A stretch of DNA of 64,000 nucleotides from positions 4,128,001 to 4,192,000 of the forward strand of contig OZ243938.1 of the NCBI GenBank assembly GCA_965214095.1, given 5' to 3'. The stretch comes from Candidatus Poribacteria bacterium (GTDB taxonomy: Bacteria > Poribacteria > WGA-4E > WGA-3G). The first letter of the stretch is position 1, and each line of letters starts with the position of its first letter. The position numbers and the translations under genes were made by a program. The notes under the pieces were generated by a model. It saw only the letters and a list, made by a program, of their open reading frames with translations, did not search any database and was not told the DNA's origin. Shown here in pieces: positions 51,868 to 61,938 of the stretch.

Positions 51868-53367
51868 TCAATTGTCATTAGGATAAGAGACATGATGTGC
51901 CTGCGGTGTTCCATGTCCATAATCACCATCACATGCAGTGAGAAGAATGGCACTCAGGTGCGACACTAAATCGGGGTGTTCAGCAGATAAGTCTTTTTCT
52001 TCACGATAGTCGTTAGACAGGTGATATAACTGAAAACTGTCATTTTTGTTGATATATCGTAACTTCCAACCATCTTCTGTCACCAGTGCAGGACCAAGCC
52101 GTGAGGCGTAGACTATCCACTCATGGTTCTGTTGTTCATCATTCTGTGCCGTTAAGGTTGGCAAAAATGAAACACCATCTTTCGCTTCTGGCATATCTAC
52201 ATCAACGAGTTCAGCAAGGGTCGGCATGAAATCGTAATTCGCAAGCATGTGATTTGACACACTGTCTGGTTCTATCATACTTGGATAACGGACAATATAA
52301 GGTATACGTGTGCCACCTTCCCAACTTGAGAACTTCAAACCAGCCATCCCATCGTTCCCATCAAATACATCTCCGCCAGTTTCTGTGTAGAATTTCGTCG
52401 TAATGTCATCAAAAGGTTCACCGTTCAAACCTTGCTGTCGTCCCGTAGTTCGTCCTTTTTGGCGGTAATACACTTCGTGTCCATTATCCGATGTAAAGAC
52501 AATCATTGTGCGATCATCTATCCCAAGTTTTTCAAGTTCATCTAAGATGATACCAACTGTCTCATCCAGTTTGAGAATCATAGAGGCATATTCTTTCTCA
52601 TAAGTCGTCAATTCAGATAAATTTTTGACTGATGGATGAATTTCAGGTATAGAGATAGGTCCGTGTGGTAACTGAGAAGGGTGGTATAGAAAAAATGGAT
52701 TATCTTTGTTCTTGCGAAGGAAATCAACTATTTTGTCGTTGAAAATATCTTGTGAATATACTGCTTTTCCATCACGGTTTCTGCGGATCTCCATATTTTC
52801 ATCTGATTCGGAGTTTGGATGTTTCGCACAATCGGTATGCGTATTACCTTGGATGTTTCTCAGTTCTCCGTTTTCAAAGAGGAATGGTGGGTAGAACCCA
52901 TGACATCGTTGATGATCATAGTAACCGTAATGATACTGCCATCCATGGCGGTGTATACGTTCTGCTGTTGTTGCAAAACCCCATTCAAGTTTACCAATCT
53001 GTCCTGTGGAATAGCCTGCTTCCTTTGGAATTTGTGCCAAGAACACATCGTTAGGTTCTGCCTGCAAACCGGTTGTATGGATTAACTCTGATATTTCATC
53101 ATACCTCATTTCACCAGTGCTGATGCTCTGGTATATTCCAGCTCGGGTATATGTCCATGTTCCTTGATGGCAATCGTGGAGACCTGTCAACATGCTGGCG
53201 CGAGATGGTGCACAGAATGCACAACCGTAAGCATGATTAAATTTCATGCCTTCATTGGCAAGACGGTCAATGTTGGGTGTTTCAAAATGCTGCTGTCCAT
53301 AGCAACTTAACATGCCCCGTCCAAGATCGTCTGCAAAGATGAGAATTACATTATGTTTATCGTTCAT
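51868..53367 (-). CDS. Sulfatase (arylsulfatase-like)
   Basis: NVILIFADDLG, CAPSRASMLTG, FTSDNG, WEGGTRIP. Likely start ATG 53367. Confidence 0.92.
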   Translation of the reverse strand: MNDKHNVILIFADDLGRGMLSCYGQQHFETPNIDRLANEGMKFNHAYGCAFCAPSRASMLTGLHDCHQGTWTYTRAGIYQSISTGEMRYDEISELIHTTGLQAEPNDVFLAQIPKEAGYSTGQIGKLEWGFATTAERIHRHGWQYHYGYYDHQRCHGFYPPFLFENGELRNIQGNTHTDCAKHPNSESDENMEIRRNRDGKAVYSQDIFNDKIVDFLRKNKDNPFFLYHPSQLPHGPISIPEIHPSVKNLSELTTYEKEYASMILKLDETVGIILDELEKLGIDDRTMIVFTSDNGHEVYYRQKGRTTGRQQGLNGEPFDDITTKFYTETGGDVFDGNDGMAGLKFSSWEGGTRIPYIVRYPSMIEPDSVSNHMLANYDFMPTLAELVDVDMPEAKDGVSFLPTLTAQNDEQQNHEWIVYASRLGPALVTEDGWKLRYINKNDSFQLYHLSNDYREEKDLSAEHPDLVSHLSAILLTACDGDYGHGTPQAHHVSYPNDN

Positions 53368-53386
53368 ACAATGTTCCCTAATAAGA

Positions 53387-54793
53387 TTACCGTTTCTGAA
53401 AGGCACGTTGGCGATAGAGATGTTCAAATAGGTTGCCTTCATGTGGACTATCCCAAGAAATCTGATTTGTAGGAATAGCACCTATATTTAGTCGATCTAT
53501 TTGAGGAGTAGTAATCAACTTCTCAATGAAATCTGCATCATCTGAAATAACAGATGCCACAAGTGTTGACCCAATGGATTCAACCAGTTGAGATGGTGGT
53601 ACTTCCACGACACTCACAAATGGAAAAGGAAACTCAGTGTTTGCCAACGGATGTTCTGGGTCTTCACACCAGATAACTGTAGGTCTTAGGAAAGTACAAC
53701 CGTCTAATTCAACAACGCGATCACCTTTAGTCAATTCTGTTGCGCCTGGTTCTTTCAGATGTCTGTCTATCAATGCAGAGATACTGTGGGCAGCCTTTGG
53801 ATTTGCCCACGCTGCAATACCTGCGTCAGGGTGGTCAAGGGGTTTCGGTTCAATTTGGGACAAGTGTAAGGCAATAGATTCAGCGATATCTCTGCCGTTT
53901 TCGGTTACCCACACCCCTGAAGCGTTGATGCATGACCTGCCTCCATTCTTTGATACCGATTCTACGATGAGATCCAGATAATCTTCCCATTTGTCATCTT
54001 TACCTTCATGAATGATAATTTTGCTACGACCTGGACCGTGTATTTCAATGCGTGGATCATTTACCCACGATGCGACAGTTGAGCCACTCCCAAAGAGCAT
54101 TGATCTTCCACAACGAAATAGTATTTCATTTGCCCCAGGATAATCGGTGGGATAGAAACTGAATGTTTCTGGAGGCATTCCTGCTTCCATAAATGCCTGA
54201 GCAATCCGATAAGGTGTCCACGGTTCCTCACGACCCGGTTTTAACACGAGTGGCACTTTTAAGGGGACAGCTGGAATCCACAACGAATGAACACCGGGAG
54301 AATTGCTTGGCAACACTGCACCTAATCCATCCGTTTCACAGACATAACTCATCGTCCGTTCATTTTGGATACCCCATCCTGCGTCAAGGATTTGTAAATC
54401 AAGTCCACGTGTCAAACCGTCTAAAACCGTTTCAATGTTCTCTAAGATTCCTTGTATTTTCCCCATGTTTTGTGAGCAGAGAGTTTCTGGTAGACCAGTT
54501 GTTCCAGATACTTGCTTGATATAATCCTCAGGAGACTGCATGCCGTCATCAAGTGGAAGGTCTGCGGTAGTGAATAGACGTGCTGCATCCAAGCATATTG
54601 CTATCAAGTCAGCGACAGAATATTGCGAAAGCGTCTGCTTATGGAGTGGTAAGTCAAGAAGGTCTTTTGCAATCAGTCCTCTGTTGGCTTGACTGACTTC
54701 AACTAAAGTCTCACCTGTTCTGATGTGTGATACTTTATTGGTTTTCAGACTTCTATAAGAACGTCCAGCGCGTAAAATTGGGATGTGTATCAT
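53387..54793 (-). CDS. Aldehyde dehydrogenase / acyl-reductase (LuxC/EhpG-like) family protein
   Basis: LPSNSPGVH.LW, LVLKPG.EEP, HGPGRSK, NGGRSCINAS (catalytic Cys), EFPFP. Confidence 0.8.
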   Translation of the reverse strand: MIHIPILRAGRSYRSLKTNKVSHIRTGETLVEVSQANRGLIAKDLLDLPLHKQTLSQYSVADLIAICLDAARLFTTADLPLDDGMQSPEDYIKQVSGTTGLPETLCSQNMGKIQGILENIETVLDGLTRGLDLQILDAGWGIQNERTMSYVCETDGLGAVLPSNSPGVHSLWIPAVPLKVPLVLKPGREEPWTPYRIAQAFMEAGMPPETFSFYPTDYPGANEILFRCGRSMLFGSGSTVASWVNDPRIEIHGPGRSKIIIHEGKDDKWEDYLDLIVESVSKNGGRSCINASGVWVTENGRDIAESIALHLSQIEPKPLDHPDAGIAAWANPKAAHSISALIDRHLKEPGATELTKGDRVVELDGCTFLRPTVIWCEDPEHPLANTEFPFPFVSVVEVPPSQLVESIGSTLVASVISDDADFIEKLITTPQIDRLNIGAIPTNQISWDSPHEGNLFEHLYRQRAFQKR

Positions 54794-54801
54794 TCTCTTG
54801 C

Positions 54802-55503
54802 TTACCTTGTAATCTTAGCAACCCATCCAGAAGATGCATCACAATAGAGGAAATCATCTCCATAAATTGACAAGCCGTGCGGTTCAGGGTGATCTGTTGA
54901 CACTTCAATTTGATCAATGATTGAACCATTATCAAGGTCAAGTTTGACGATAACTCTATCAGATGTATGTGTTACCCATAGACCATCTTCAACTCGGACT
55001 GTGCCGTGTGCCCTACCATAAGGTAAAGGTAGAGTATGTTGAACAGACCAGTCAGAAGCACGTACTTTGTGTATTTCCTGATTTTTGAGTGTTTGCACCC
55101 AGAGATGTCCTTCGTCAAAGTTGTCATACTCAACACCGTGTGTACCACCCCCTTCTGGTACGGGATATCTTCCGAGGGTTTTACCAGAGTTAGGATCAAC
55201 TTTGAAAATTTCACCGATTCCGGGTTTAGCATCTGTTTCTCTGACTGTCCGCCATCGATCTCCAGGTCCATTTGCGGCTAACCACAATGCACCACCACCG
55301 AATGCCATTCCACTTGTGTTGGAGGAATCACTGGGAATATCACGGATAAGTTTTGGAACGGAATAATCTGGATCACATGTGATTTCTACTAATGCAACCC
55401 TGTCGGTTATCTGATCGACTATCCACAAACCATCGTCAGTAACTTGTAAACCATTAGGAACAGCATAAGGGGAGCGAAAGAGTTTTTCAATTTTTATTGG
55501 CAT
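54802..55503 (-). CDS. Cytoplasmic beta-propeller protein (glutaminyl-cyclase/Vgb-like repeats)
   Basis: PNGLQ..DGLW, TSGMAFGGGALW, THGVE, AHG...GLW and PHGL repeats. Confidence 0.6.
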   Translation of the reverse strand: MPIKIEKLFRSPYAVPNGLQVTDDGLWIVDQITDRVALVEITCDPDYSVPKLIRDIPSDSSNTSGMAFGGGALWLAANGPGDRWRTVRETDAKPGIGEIFKVDPNSGKTLGRYPVPEGGGTHGVEYDNFDEGHLWVQTLKNQEIHKVRASDWSVQHTLPLPYGRAHGTVRVEDGLWVTHTSDRVIVKLDLDNGSIIDQIEVSTDHPEPHGLSIYGDDFLYCDASSGWVAKITR

Positions 55504-55566
55504 ACTCAAATTCCTATGTTGTGTTTGTAATTCAATTTTGTTGACAAATCTCAATCAAAAAAAAGA

Positions 55567-56640
55567 TTAATAGACACCAACTACAACACTCTCTTGAAGT
55601 TCTGTTAGCAGGCGTAGGTTTTCAACACCATCCCAAGGGTATTCAGGTATCGGTTCAGCACGTTCTGCTTCATCACGTTCAAGGAAACGGGGCACGAAAA
55701 ATTCCTTTGTCAATGTCGTGAGCATCACCCGACCCGTTTGTCCAAAATCGACCAATTCATCAGGATTATCTGGATTGACCAATTCTATGACTGCCCGTGG
55801 CTGAGGAGGATAGTAGATAATAGCATAGTTATCCGCAGGATTGAAGGGTTTACAAGTGGCTAATCCCATTAACGTATTTCCATAAGTAGGCACGAAATCT
55901 ATTCCCGGTACGAGTTCTTCACGTGCAAAACGGTGAAATTGTGCATCCATCTCAGTGCCACCACAAAAGATCCCCTTTATTCCAACCTTTTCTAATGAGA
56001 TTTTCTCACACAATGCTTCAAGCAACTTTGGAGTGGTGAACAGACATTGGACGTTTTCATGTGCTTTTAGGACGTTCAGAGCTTGTGAAATTACATGGTT
56101 CTTATATGCATCCAATTCCTCATTTTTACCATACTTAACAAGTTGATTAACCCAACGCGGGTCAAGATCAACAAGGAAACAGATACCATCACGATGTTGG
56201 GCAAGATGTTCAACAGCGAGACGTAACCGTCGTGGTCCCGTTGGACCTAACATCAACCAATCACTACCGGGTGGAAATCCATCATCAGAAAGAGTTTTGC
56301 TGAATATTTCATAATCAATATGGAAATCACGAATGCTGATCCGGCATTTTGGTACTCCTGTTGACCCACCCGTTTCAAATACATAAATTGGATGATCCGA
56401 ATATGCTTTTGGCACCCAACGTCGGACTGGTCCTCCTCTTAACCATTCATCTTGGAAATGTCCGAGACATTTGAGATCGGCATAACCACCAATCTCTTTT
56501 CGTGGATCAAAGTCCAGATTCTCGGCATATTCTAACCAGAATGGACATCCAGTTTCTGGACTAAAGTGCCAGTTGATTATTTCTCGTACATGTACATCAA
56601 GTGCAGTTCGTGCCGCTTTGATTTTTTGGCTTAGATTCAT
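55567..56640 (-). CDS. EhpF/LuxE/PaaK-like adenylating enzyme
   Basis: WHFSPETGCPFW, ETGGSTG.PK P-loop, DLDPRW, TTPKLL, GGT, YGNT, TLTKEFF.P..LERD. Confidence 0.75.
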   Translation of the reverse strand: MNLSQKIKAARTALDVHVREIINWHFSPETGCPFWLEYAENLDFDPRKEIGGYADLKCLGHFQDEWLRGGPVRRWVPKAYSDHPIYVFETGGSTGVPKCRISIRDFHIDYEIFSKTLSDDGFPPGSDWLMLGPTGPRRLRLAVEHLAQHRDGICFLVDLDPRWVNQLVKYGKNEELDAYKNHVISQALNVLKAHENVQCLFTTPKLLEALCEKISLEKVGIKGIFCGGTEMDAQFHRFAREELVPGIDFVPTYGNTLMGLATCKPFNPADNYAIIYYPPQPRAVIELVNPDNPDELVDFGQTGRVMLTTLTKEFFVPRFLERDEAERAEPIPEYPWDGVENLRLLTELQESVVVGVY

Positions 56641-56796
56641 AATCTCTCTTATAATGCGGTAATAATCATAGAGTTATCGGTACTATGCTGTTTGGGCAAC
56701 CATACTTGAAAGAAGTCTGAGTACTTTGTCGCAATCACCTATTTGGTCTCTCAGTTACTGTGATAACTTATGATGTTGCCACCAGAAATTTGACTC

Positions 56797-58344
56797 CTAT
56801 TCGGAAATTGCAATCAATTGATTTCGTGTAACGATGTAAAGCACACCGTCTTTTGCTACAGGTGTCGTGTAGACTGCACTACCCAAGTTTGTTTCAAAAA
56901 GCACCTCTTTTTCTTTTCCAGTCTTTAAGATAACAACATCACCGTCTTCATCACCAAGATAGACTTTACCATCAACAACATAGGGTGACCCCCAGATAGC
57001 AGCAAAGGTGTCATAGGTCCAATAATGATCGCCAGTTTTTACATCTAAGCAGTATAAGAATCCGCTAAGATCGGAAATATACAGGAGTCCTTCATGTATG
57101 GCAGCTGTGGACATCGTGCGATTGAACTGTTCACCACCGAAATGCCAAACCCCTGCGGTTGAAGTAGTATCACCTGTCTGTGATGCATCAATGCACCAGA
57201 AATGTCCAACACCTTCACCGTGCTCCGGGTCTTGTCCGACAGCAATAAAAACTTTGTCATCATATATGACCGGTGTAGAAATAATGTTATTCCGTGTGCC
57301 TCGACCACCGAGTTCCCATTCAGAGTCTTTTGGATTGCAGTCGAACTGCCAGATAATTTTACCGGTTTCTGGTTTAAATGAATAAACCCATCCATCTCCA
57401 CCAGGGATGACAACTTGTGGAACACCTTTGATAACCCCGTAAGCTGGATTTGACCACTGTCCGTGAAGTATATTTTCCCCGGGTGAAGCATCTTCCCAAA
57501 CAAGTTCTCCTGTGTTTTTATTTAATGCTATAAAACTTGGAGCATCTGGAGATGGGATGTGAATGTGTCCTTCATCAACACCGTTGCTTGTTTCCAAGAT
57601 GAGCAGGTTTCCCACAACAAGTGGGGAACAGGTCGCGAGGTTATGTGGAAAGACATCTAACTCGTCCATCATATCGTAAATCCAGATGATGTCTCCATCT
57701 ATTTCACTCGTTTCCGCTTCCTCTTTATATGGACCGTCATTCTCACCGTCCATAAATCCTTGTGTATCAATACAGACGACTTCACAACGGTTTGAGATGT
57801 AATAGAGTCTATCTCCTTCAATATATGGTGTTGAACAGATTCCTTGAAGAGGCCAATCGTTTACGCGTCCCGAAGTTAGTTTAGTATGTGTAATTTGCCA
57901 CAGAAATGCTCCGTCAGATTCGTTAAACGCTATGATGTTTCCACGATCTCCTGTCAATTTTGGGTTATACAGTGCTTCGTTGTTTGTGCCGACAAACACT
58001 TTACCACCGATAACGAGTGGTCCTGCATAACTTTGTGACCCGAGTTCTGCTGTCCATTTTATATTTTCACCAGATTCTAAATCCCACTTATCAGGGATGT
58101 TTTTCTCATCAGAGACCATGTTTCTGCTTAACGAACCACCCCAGAGAGCGAATTCCTTTTCTGCATCTACTTCTGACACAGCAGCAACAGAAAGTAATCC
58201 AATTGTAAAGATCAAAAGGATAGTTGAATGAATGACCAAACTCAAATTATGTTTTGAGATAAAATCTTTAAGACTATTTTGTTTATGAGACCTGTTTATC
58301 TGAATAGTGGTGCATTTTGCACCACTGCTTTTTTCAACAATCAT
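56797..58344 (-). CDS. PQQ-binding-like beta-propeller protein (BamB-like repeats), exported
   Basis: WGG..SRNM, NIKW.AELGSQSY..P, repeated SP/TP..W motifs, GSPYVVDGKVYLGDEDG. Confidence 0.85.
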   Translation of the reverse strand: MIVEKSSGAKCTTIQINRSHKQNSLKDFISKHNLSLVIHSTILLIFTIGLLSVAAVSEVDAEKEFALWGGSLSRNMVSDEKNIPDKWDLESGENIKWTAELGSQSYAGPLVIGGKVFVGTNNEALYNPKLTGDRGNIIAFNESDGAFLWQITHTKLTSGRVNDWPLQGICSTPYIEGDRLYYISNRCEVVCIDTQGFMDGENDGPYKEEAETSEIDGDIIWIYDMMDELDVFPHNLATCSPLVVGNLLILETSNGVDEGHIHIPSPDAPSFIALNKNTGELVWEDASPGENILHGQWSNPAYGVIKGVPQVVIPGGDGWVYSFKPETGKIIWQFDCNPKDSEWELGGRGTRNNIISTPVIYDDKVFIAVGQDPEHGEGVGHFWCIDASQTGDTTSTAGVWHFGGEQFNRTMSTAAIHEGLLYISDLSGFLYCLDVKTGDHYWTYDTFAAIWGSPYVVDGKVYLGDEDGDVVILKTGKEKEVLFETNLGSAVYTTPVAKDGVLYIVTRNQLIAISE

Positions 58345-58347
58345 ATA

Positions 58348-59301
58348 TCACCATACCTTTAAATTATCGTAATAGATTACAGTTGCGGAATACCCGTAAA
58401 TGCCTGGACTCCCTTCACTATTTGGCCGTGGATCCTCTGCTGTAATAGTCCAGTCCTCTGGTTCGGGGTCATCTCTTCGCCATACCTTACCGTAAATCAT
58501 CGCTTTATCGTTTACAACTTCAACCTTCATTCTCATTGTATACCAAACATCGGTTTCCCATGCAAAGTCAATTGTCTTTGCCATCCGTAGGTCTGAAGCC
58601 CATGAACGAATTTGTAATCTTTGATGTCTACCCTGCATATCTAACGTATAACGGTTTGCAATTAATCCCATATCAGGTAAGCGGCGTTTATCCTTTGTGC
58701 CCATAAGGTCGATTTGAATCTCGTAGTTTTTCATTGTTGACGGTCCGATATAGACGTTGGAACGATTCAAACCGCGTTGCACAGGTGTCTTAACTAAAAC
58801 TTTCTTACCATCCATTTCTCGGACGAAAAACTTTCCGGTCGCGCCAATCCAATGTGTAGGAATCTTTTCAAGTTCTACCGATTCAAAGTTTTCTGTCCAC
58901 GGAAGAGGAGGAATTACCCGGATCCGAGCAGTTGCATTCATCTCACCCGATTGAGCGGTAACTGTGCCGGCATGTGCCCCTGCATTTACATCTGGTGTGA
59001 ATCTACTATCTTGAAGCGTTCCAGTTAAACCGGTTTTCACCCACTCTAATGTGTCGACCGTACTCGTCTGATTTCCACTTGCATCATAACCGATGACGGT
59101 TAATTCAACGGGATCGCCTGTTGTAAGAGACTCTGTTGGTGTTATCAGAAGGGAAACTGCAGGTTCAGTACTCATCGTTGGTTCTGTCATCTCTTTACTG
59201 GCACAACCGATAGTGAAAACGCAGACAACTAAACAAGCATAGACCACAAACGGACTAAGTGAGAATACATGCTGTTTTGTGGTTAAACTATATTTCTTCA
59301 T
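58348..59301 (-). CDS. Lipoprotein with Ig-like and C-terminal concanavalin-like beta-sandwich domain
   Basis: Lipobox FTIGC, LPWTENFE, WYTMRMKV...GKVW....EP.DW, IYYDNLKV. Confidence 0.65.
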   Translation of the reverse strand: MKKYSLTTKQHVFSLSPFVVYACLVVCVFTIGCASKEMTEPTMSTEPAVSLLITPTESLTTGDPVELTVIGYDASGNQTSTVDTLEWVKTGLTGTLQDSRFTPDVNAGAHAGTVTAQSGEMNATARIRVIPPLPWTENFESVELEKIPTHWIGATGKFFVREMDGKKVLVKTPVQRGLNRSNVYIGPSTMKNYEIQIDLMGTKDKRRLPDMGLIANRYTLDMQGRHQRLQIRSWASDLRMAKTIDFAWETDVWYTMRMKVEVVNDKAMIYGKVWRRDDPEPEDWTITAEDPRPNSEGSPGIYGYSATVIYYDNLKVW

Positions 59302-60617
59302 TATTTCCTCCCAATACAATAAATGCGTTCTTCCGTTGTGAAATAGATACGTCCATCAGCAATTGCTGGTGAACCGAAGATTTCAACATAGTGGTCATCG
59401 TCATCTCGTGTGATTTCTTGAACATTCAGTGACTCACACTTATCCGTATCGGGTTGAAGGATATGGAATTTACCGTTGACTTCAGTCACATACAATTTTC
59501 CATCTGCCCATACGGGTGAGCCTTTTCCAACTGTACCGATGCTATGTTCCCATAATAATTCACCTGTATCAGCATCCAAACATTGCATATTTGCAGAATT
59601 ATCCACAACATAGAGTTGTCCATCTTTCAATGTAGGTGAGGCGTATCCAACGCTGATTCCATCAGAACGCCACACTTCATGTGTTTTAGTAACATCACCC
59701 GTACCAGTAGCATCAATACAAACGACGCGTCCCATCTTCGTAGTGTCCAAATTCTCTTCACTATGTGTCGCGTAAACCTTTGTGCCGGAAACAATGACAG
59801 AGGTATTGATGCCGCGCTTACTTAGTTTGAACCCCCATACCATCTCTCCTGTTGTCTGTTTCATTGCATAGATACCACCATCTGCATTGCCGCCAATAAT
59901 GAGTGATTGTCCATTTATATTAGTGACTACTGGTGTAGAATAGGTAGTATCCAAAGGTCTTCCACCAGGGGTTGAGACCCAAACGAGATCACCACTATGT
60001 TTATCAAATGCATAATATCTGTGTCGTGGTATAGATTGTGCTCCCCAACTCGTATTTAGAAAACTTACAACGACAAGATTTCCAGCGATAATCGGCGTGT
60101 GGACACGGCCGCCGTATCCAGAAATTCGTCCATATTCTTCAGTAAGTGAACGAGACCATACGATATTCCCATCTTCATCATAGCAGTTAAAGATCCCTTG
60201 AACACCGTGTATGTATATGTTACCTGTTTCTGTATCGCCAACAGGACTTGTCCAACCGACACGGTTGAATGTGATAGTGGTGTGAAAGACATTAAATGTA
60301 TCATCCCACAACATATCACCTGTCTTTGCATCAAAGCAAGCAATACGTTCCTGTTCTGTTATATCCTTACCGATGCGTCCCATGACATAGACTCTACTGT
60401 TGAGTACGACTGGTGTAGACCGTCCAATAAAATCTGCTTGCCACAGAAGGTTTTCACCTTCAACAGACCAACTTGAGACTAATCCAGTTTCTGCGGATGT
60501 GCCATCCTGATTGGGTCCGCGCCAACTTTGCCAATCATCCGCACATACGGAAACATGTATGGCAAATAAAAGTATAATAATAAAAGACCGACATAAGGTC
60601 GGTTTGCAATTTCGCAA
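59301..60617 (-). CDS. PQQ-binding-like beta-propeller protein, exported
   Basis: DWQSWRGPNQDG, STPVV, YSTPVV, SPVWADGKLY, SPAIADGRIYF. Confidence 0.88.
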   Translation of the reverse strand: MRNCKPTLCRSFIIILLFAIHVSVCADDWQSWRGPNQDGTSAETGLVSSWSVEGENLLWQADFIGRSTPVVLNSRVYVMGRIGKDITEQERIACFDAKTGDMLWDDTFNVFHTTITFNRVGWTSPVGDTETGNIYIHGVQGIFNCYDEDGNIVWSRSLTEEYGRISGYGGRVHTPIIAGNLVVVSFLNTSWGAQSIPRHRYYAFDKHSGDLVWVSTPGGRPLDTTYSTPVVTNINGQSLIIGGNADGGIYAMKQTTGEMVWGFKLSKRGINTSVIVSGTKVYATHSEENLDTTKMGRVVCIDATGTGDVTKTHEVWRSDGISVGYASPTLKDGQLYVVDNSANMQCLDADTGELLWEHSIGTVGKGSPVWADGKLYVTEVNGKFHILQPDTDKCESLNVQEITRDDDDHYVEIFGSPAIADGRIYFTTEERIYCIGRK

Positions 60618-60734
60618 ATTTTATTCCTCCTAATCATTTTTGTTATATTTTTAATTTAAGACGTTTTGTACATCCTATTGTTTAAGTACTGAATTTCAAG
60701 TGACTGAGAGTGTTTTCAAGACACTAATAGGGTG

Positions 60735-61574
60735 CTAAAGTTTTGTCTTCAGTTCTCCCCATACAATCGGTAACTTATCTCTAAACTCAACACCAAGTCC
60801 TACTTTGGATTCAAAATTCTGGATCACTTCATCTTCTGAGAGAGGACGATCATATATTCGAACTTCATCTATTACACCAGGAAAGTGTCTTTCTACATTA
60901 CCACGATTGTTCGCTGCACCAATATAGACTGGTTCTACAAAGGGAATAAAGTTGTCTAATTTATTTCCTTTTCCAACGACCACATTCTGTGGTTGTCCAT
61001 CCATATAGATATTGATTTTTGTATCCGCAGCATCTTCAACAACGAATGCAATATGATGCCAATTTCCATCCGATAATTCAAATTCAATCTCAACTGCAAT
61101 ATCTATACATTCTGCTGCTTGTTGTCTGACATAATAGTGAACAATATTCTGAGCGAGTAGAAATCCTACTTTTGCACTTCGATTAACATCAATTGCCCAT
61201 GCCATACTGCAGTCTTTATCAAGGACTTTAAATAACGTTGTCCATTCCTGTTTAAAATCAGTTTTGACCCATGCTTCAAATGTTGACATACCGATTTTGC
61301 TACCGAAATCACCAAGATTTGTCAAATTTATATAATCATCAGTACCATCAAATTCTAATGCATCACCCACTTTTCCGTTGACAACATTTGGATCACCGAC
61401 AATAGTCCCATTGTTATTACCCCAGATATCTTTTACGGTGTTTTCAGCAATATCTTTTTCATCAAATGTCCAATAACTCACTAAACCATCGGTGACGACT
61501 GTTCTTGCCGTAGTTTGCATACTGGTAAAGATTATCAATACTGCTATTATGCATATAAATATAGATTTTTTCAT
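60735..61574 (-). CDS. Secreted LamG-like jellyroll protein with conserved C-terminal tail
   Basis: GLVSYWTFD, GKVGDALEFDG, WHHIAFV, F.GVIDEVRIYDRPLS, and C-terminal KLPIVWGELK. Confidence 0.88.
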   Translation of the reverse strand: MKKSIFICIIAVLIIFTSMQTTARTVVTDGLVSYWTFDEKDIAENTVKDIWGNNNGTIVGDPNVVNGKVGDALEFDGTDDYINLTNLGDFGSKIGMSTFEAWVKTDFKQEWTTLFKVLDKDCSMAWAIDVNRSAKVGFLLAQNIVHYYVRQQAAECIDIAVEIEFELSDGNWHHIAFVVEDAADTKINIYMDGQPQNVVVGKGNKLDNFIPFVEPVYIGAANNRGNVERHFPGVIDEVRIYDRPLSEDEVIQNFESKVGLGVEFRDKLPIVWGELKTKL

Positions 61575-61938
61575 AGTTGTATTCCTCTGGATTCAGGCAG
61601 GTAAATTTATGATCATAATGATGCATGATGTATGTATCATAACATATATAGGTATATGATTCAACATAAATTGGATAGATTACACATCAGTGATTTAACA
61701 TCAAACTAACCTTAATGATTACAAATCCTTAAAACTAAATATCCCTAAACTGTTAAAATCTATTATTGACAAATTGCATAAATTTCTGTAAATTGTAATC
61801 GTTAATTGTTTCTCATCTGAGAATTATTAGCAATAATATTTTTGAGATGTAAAACATAAAAGTGTGGTTGATTTAATGTTTTGTGTTAGATCTACCACGT
61901 TCTTTATGACTCTGCATATTACAAATAAGGGGAAAAAA

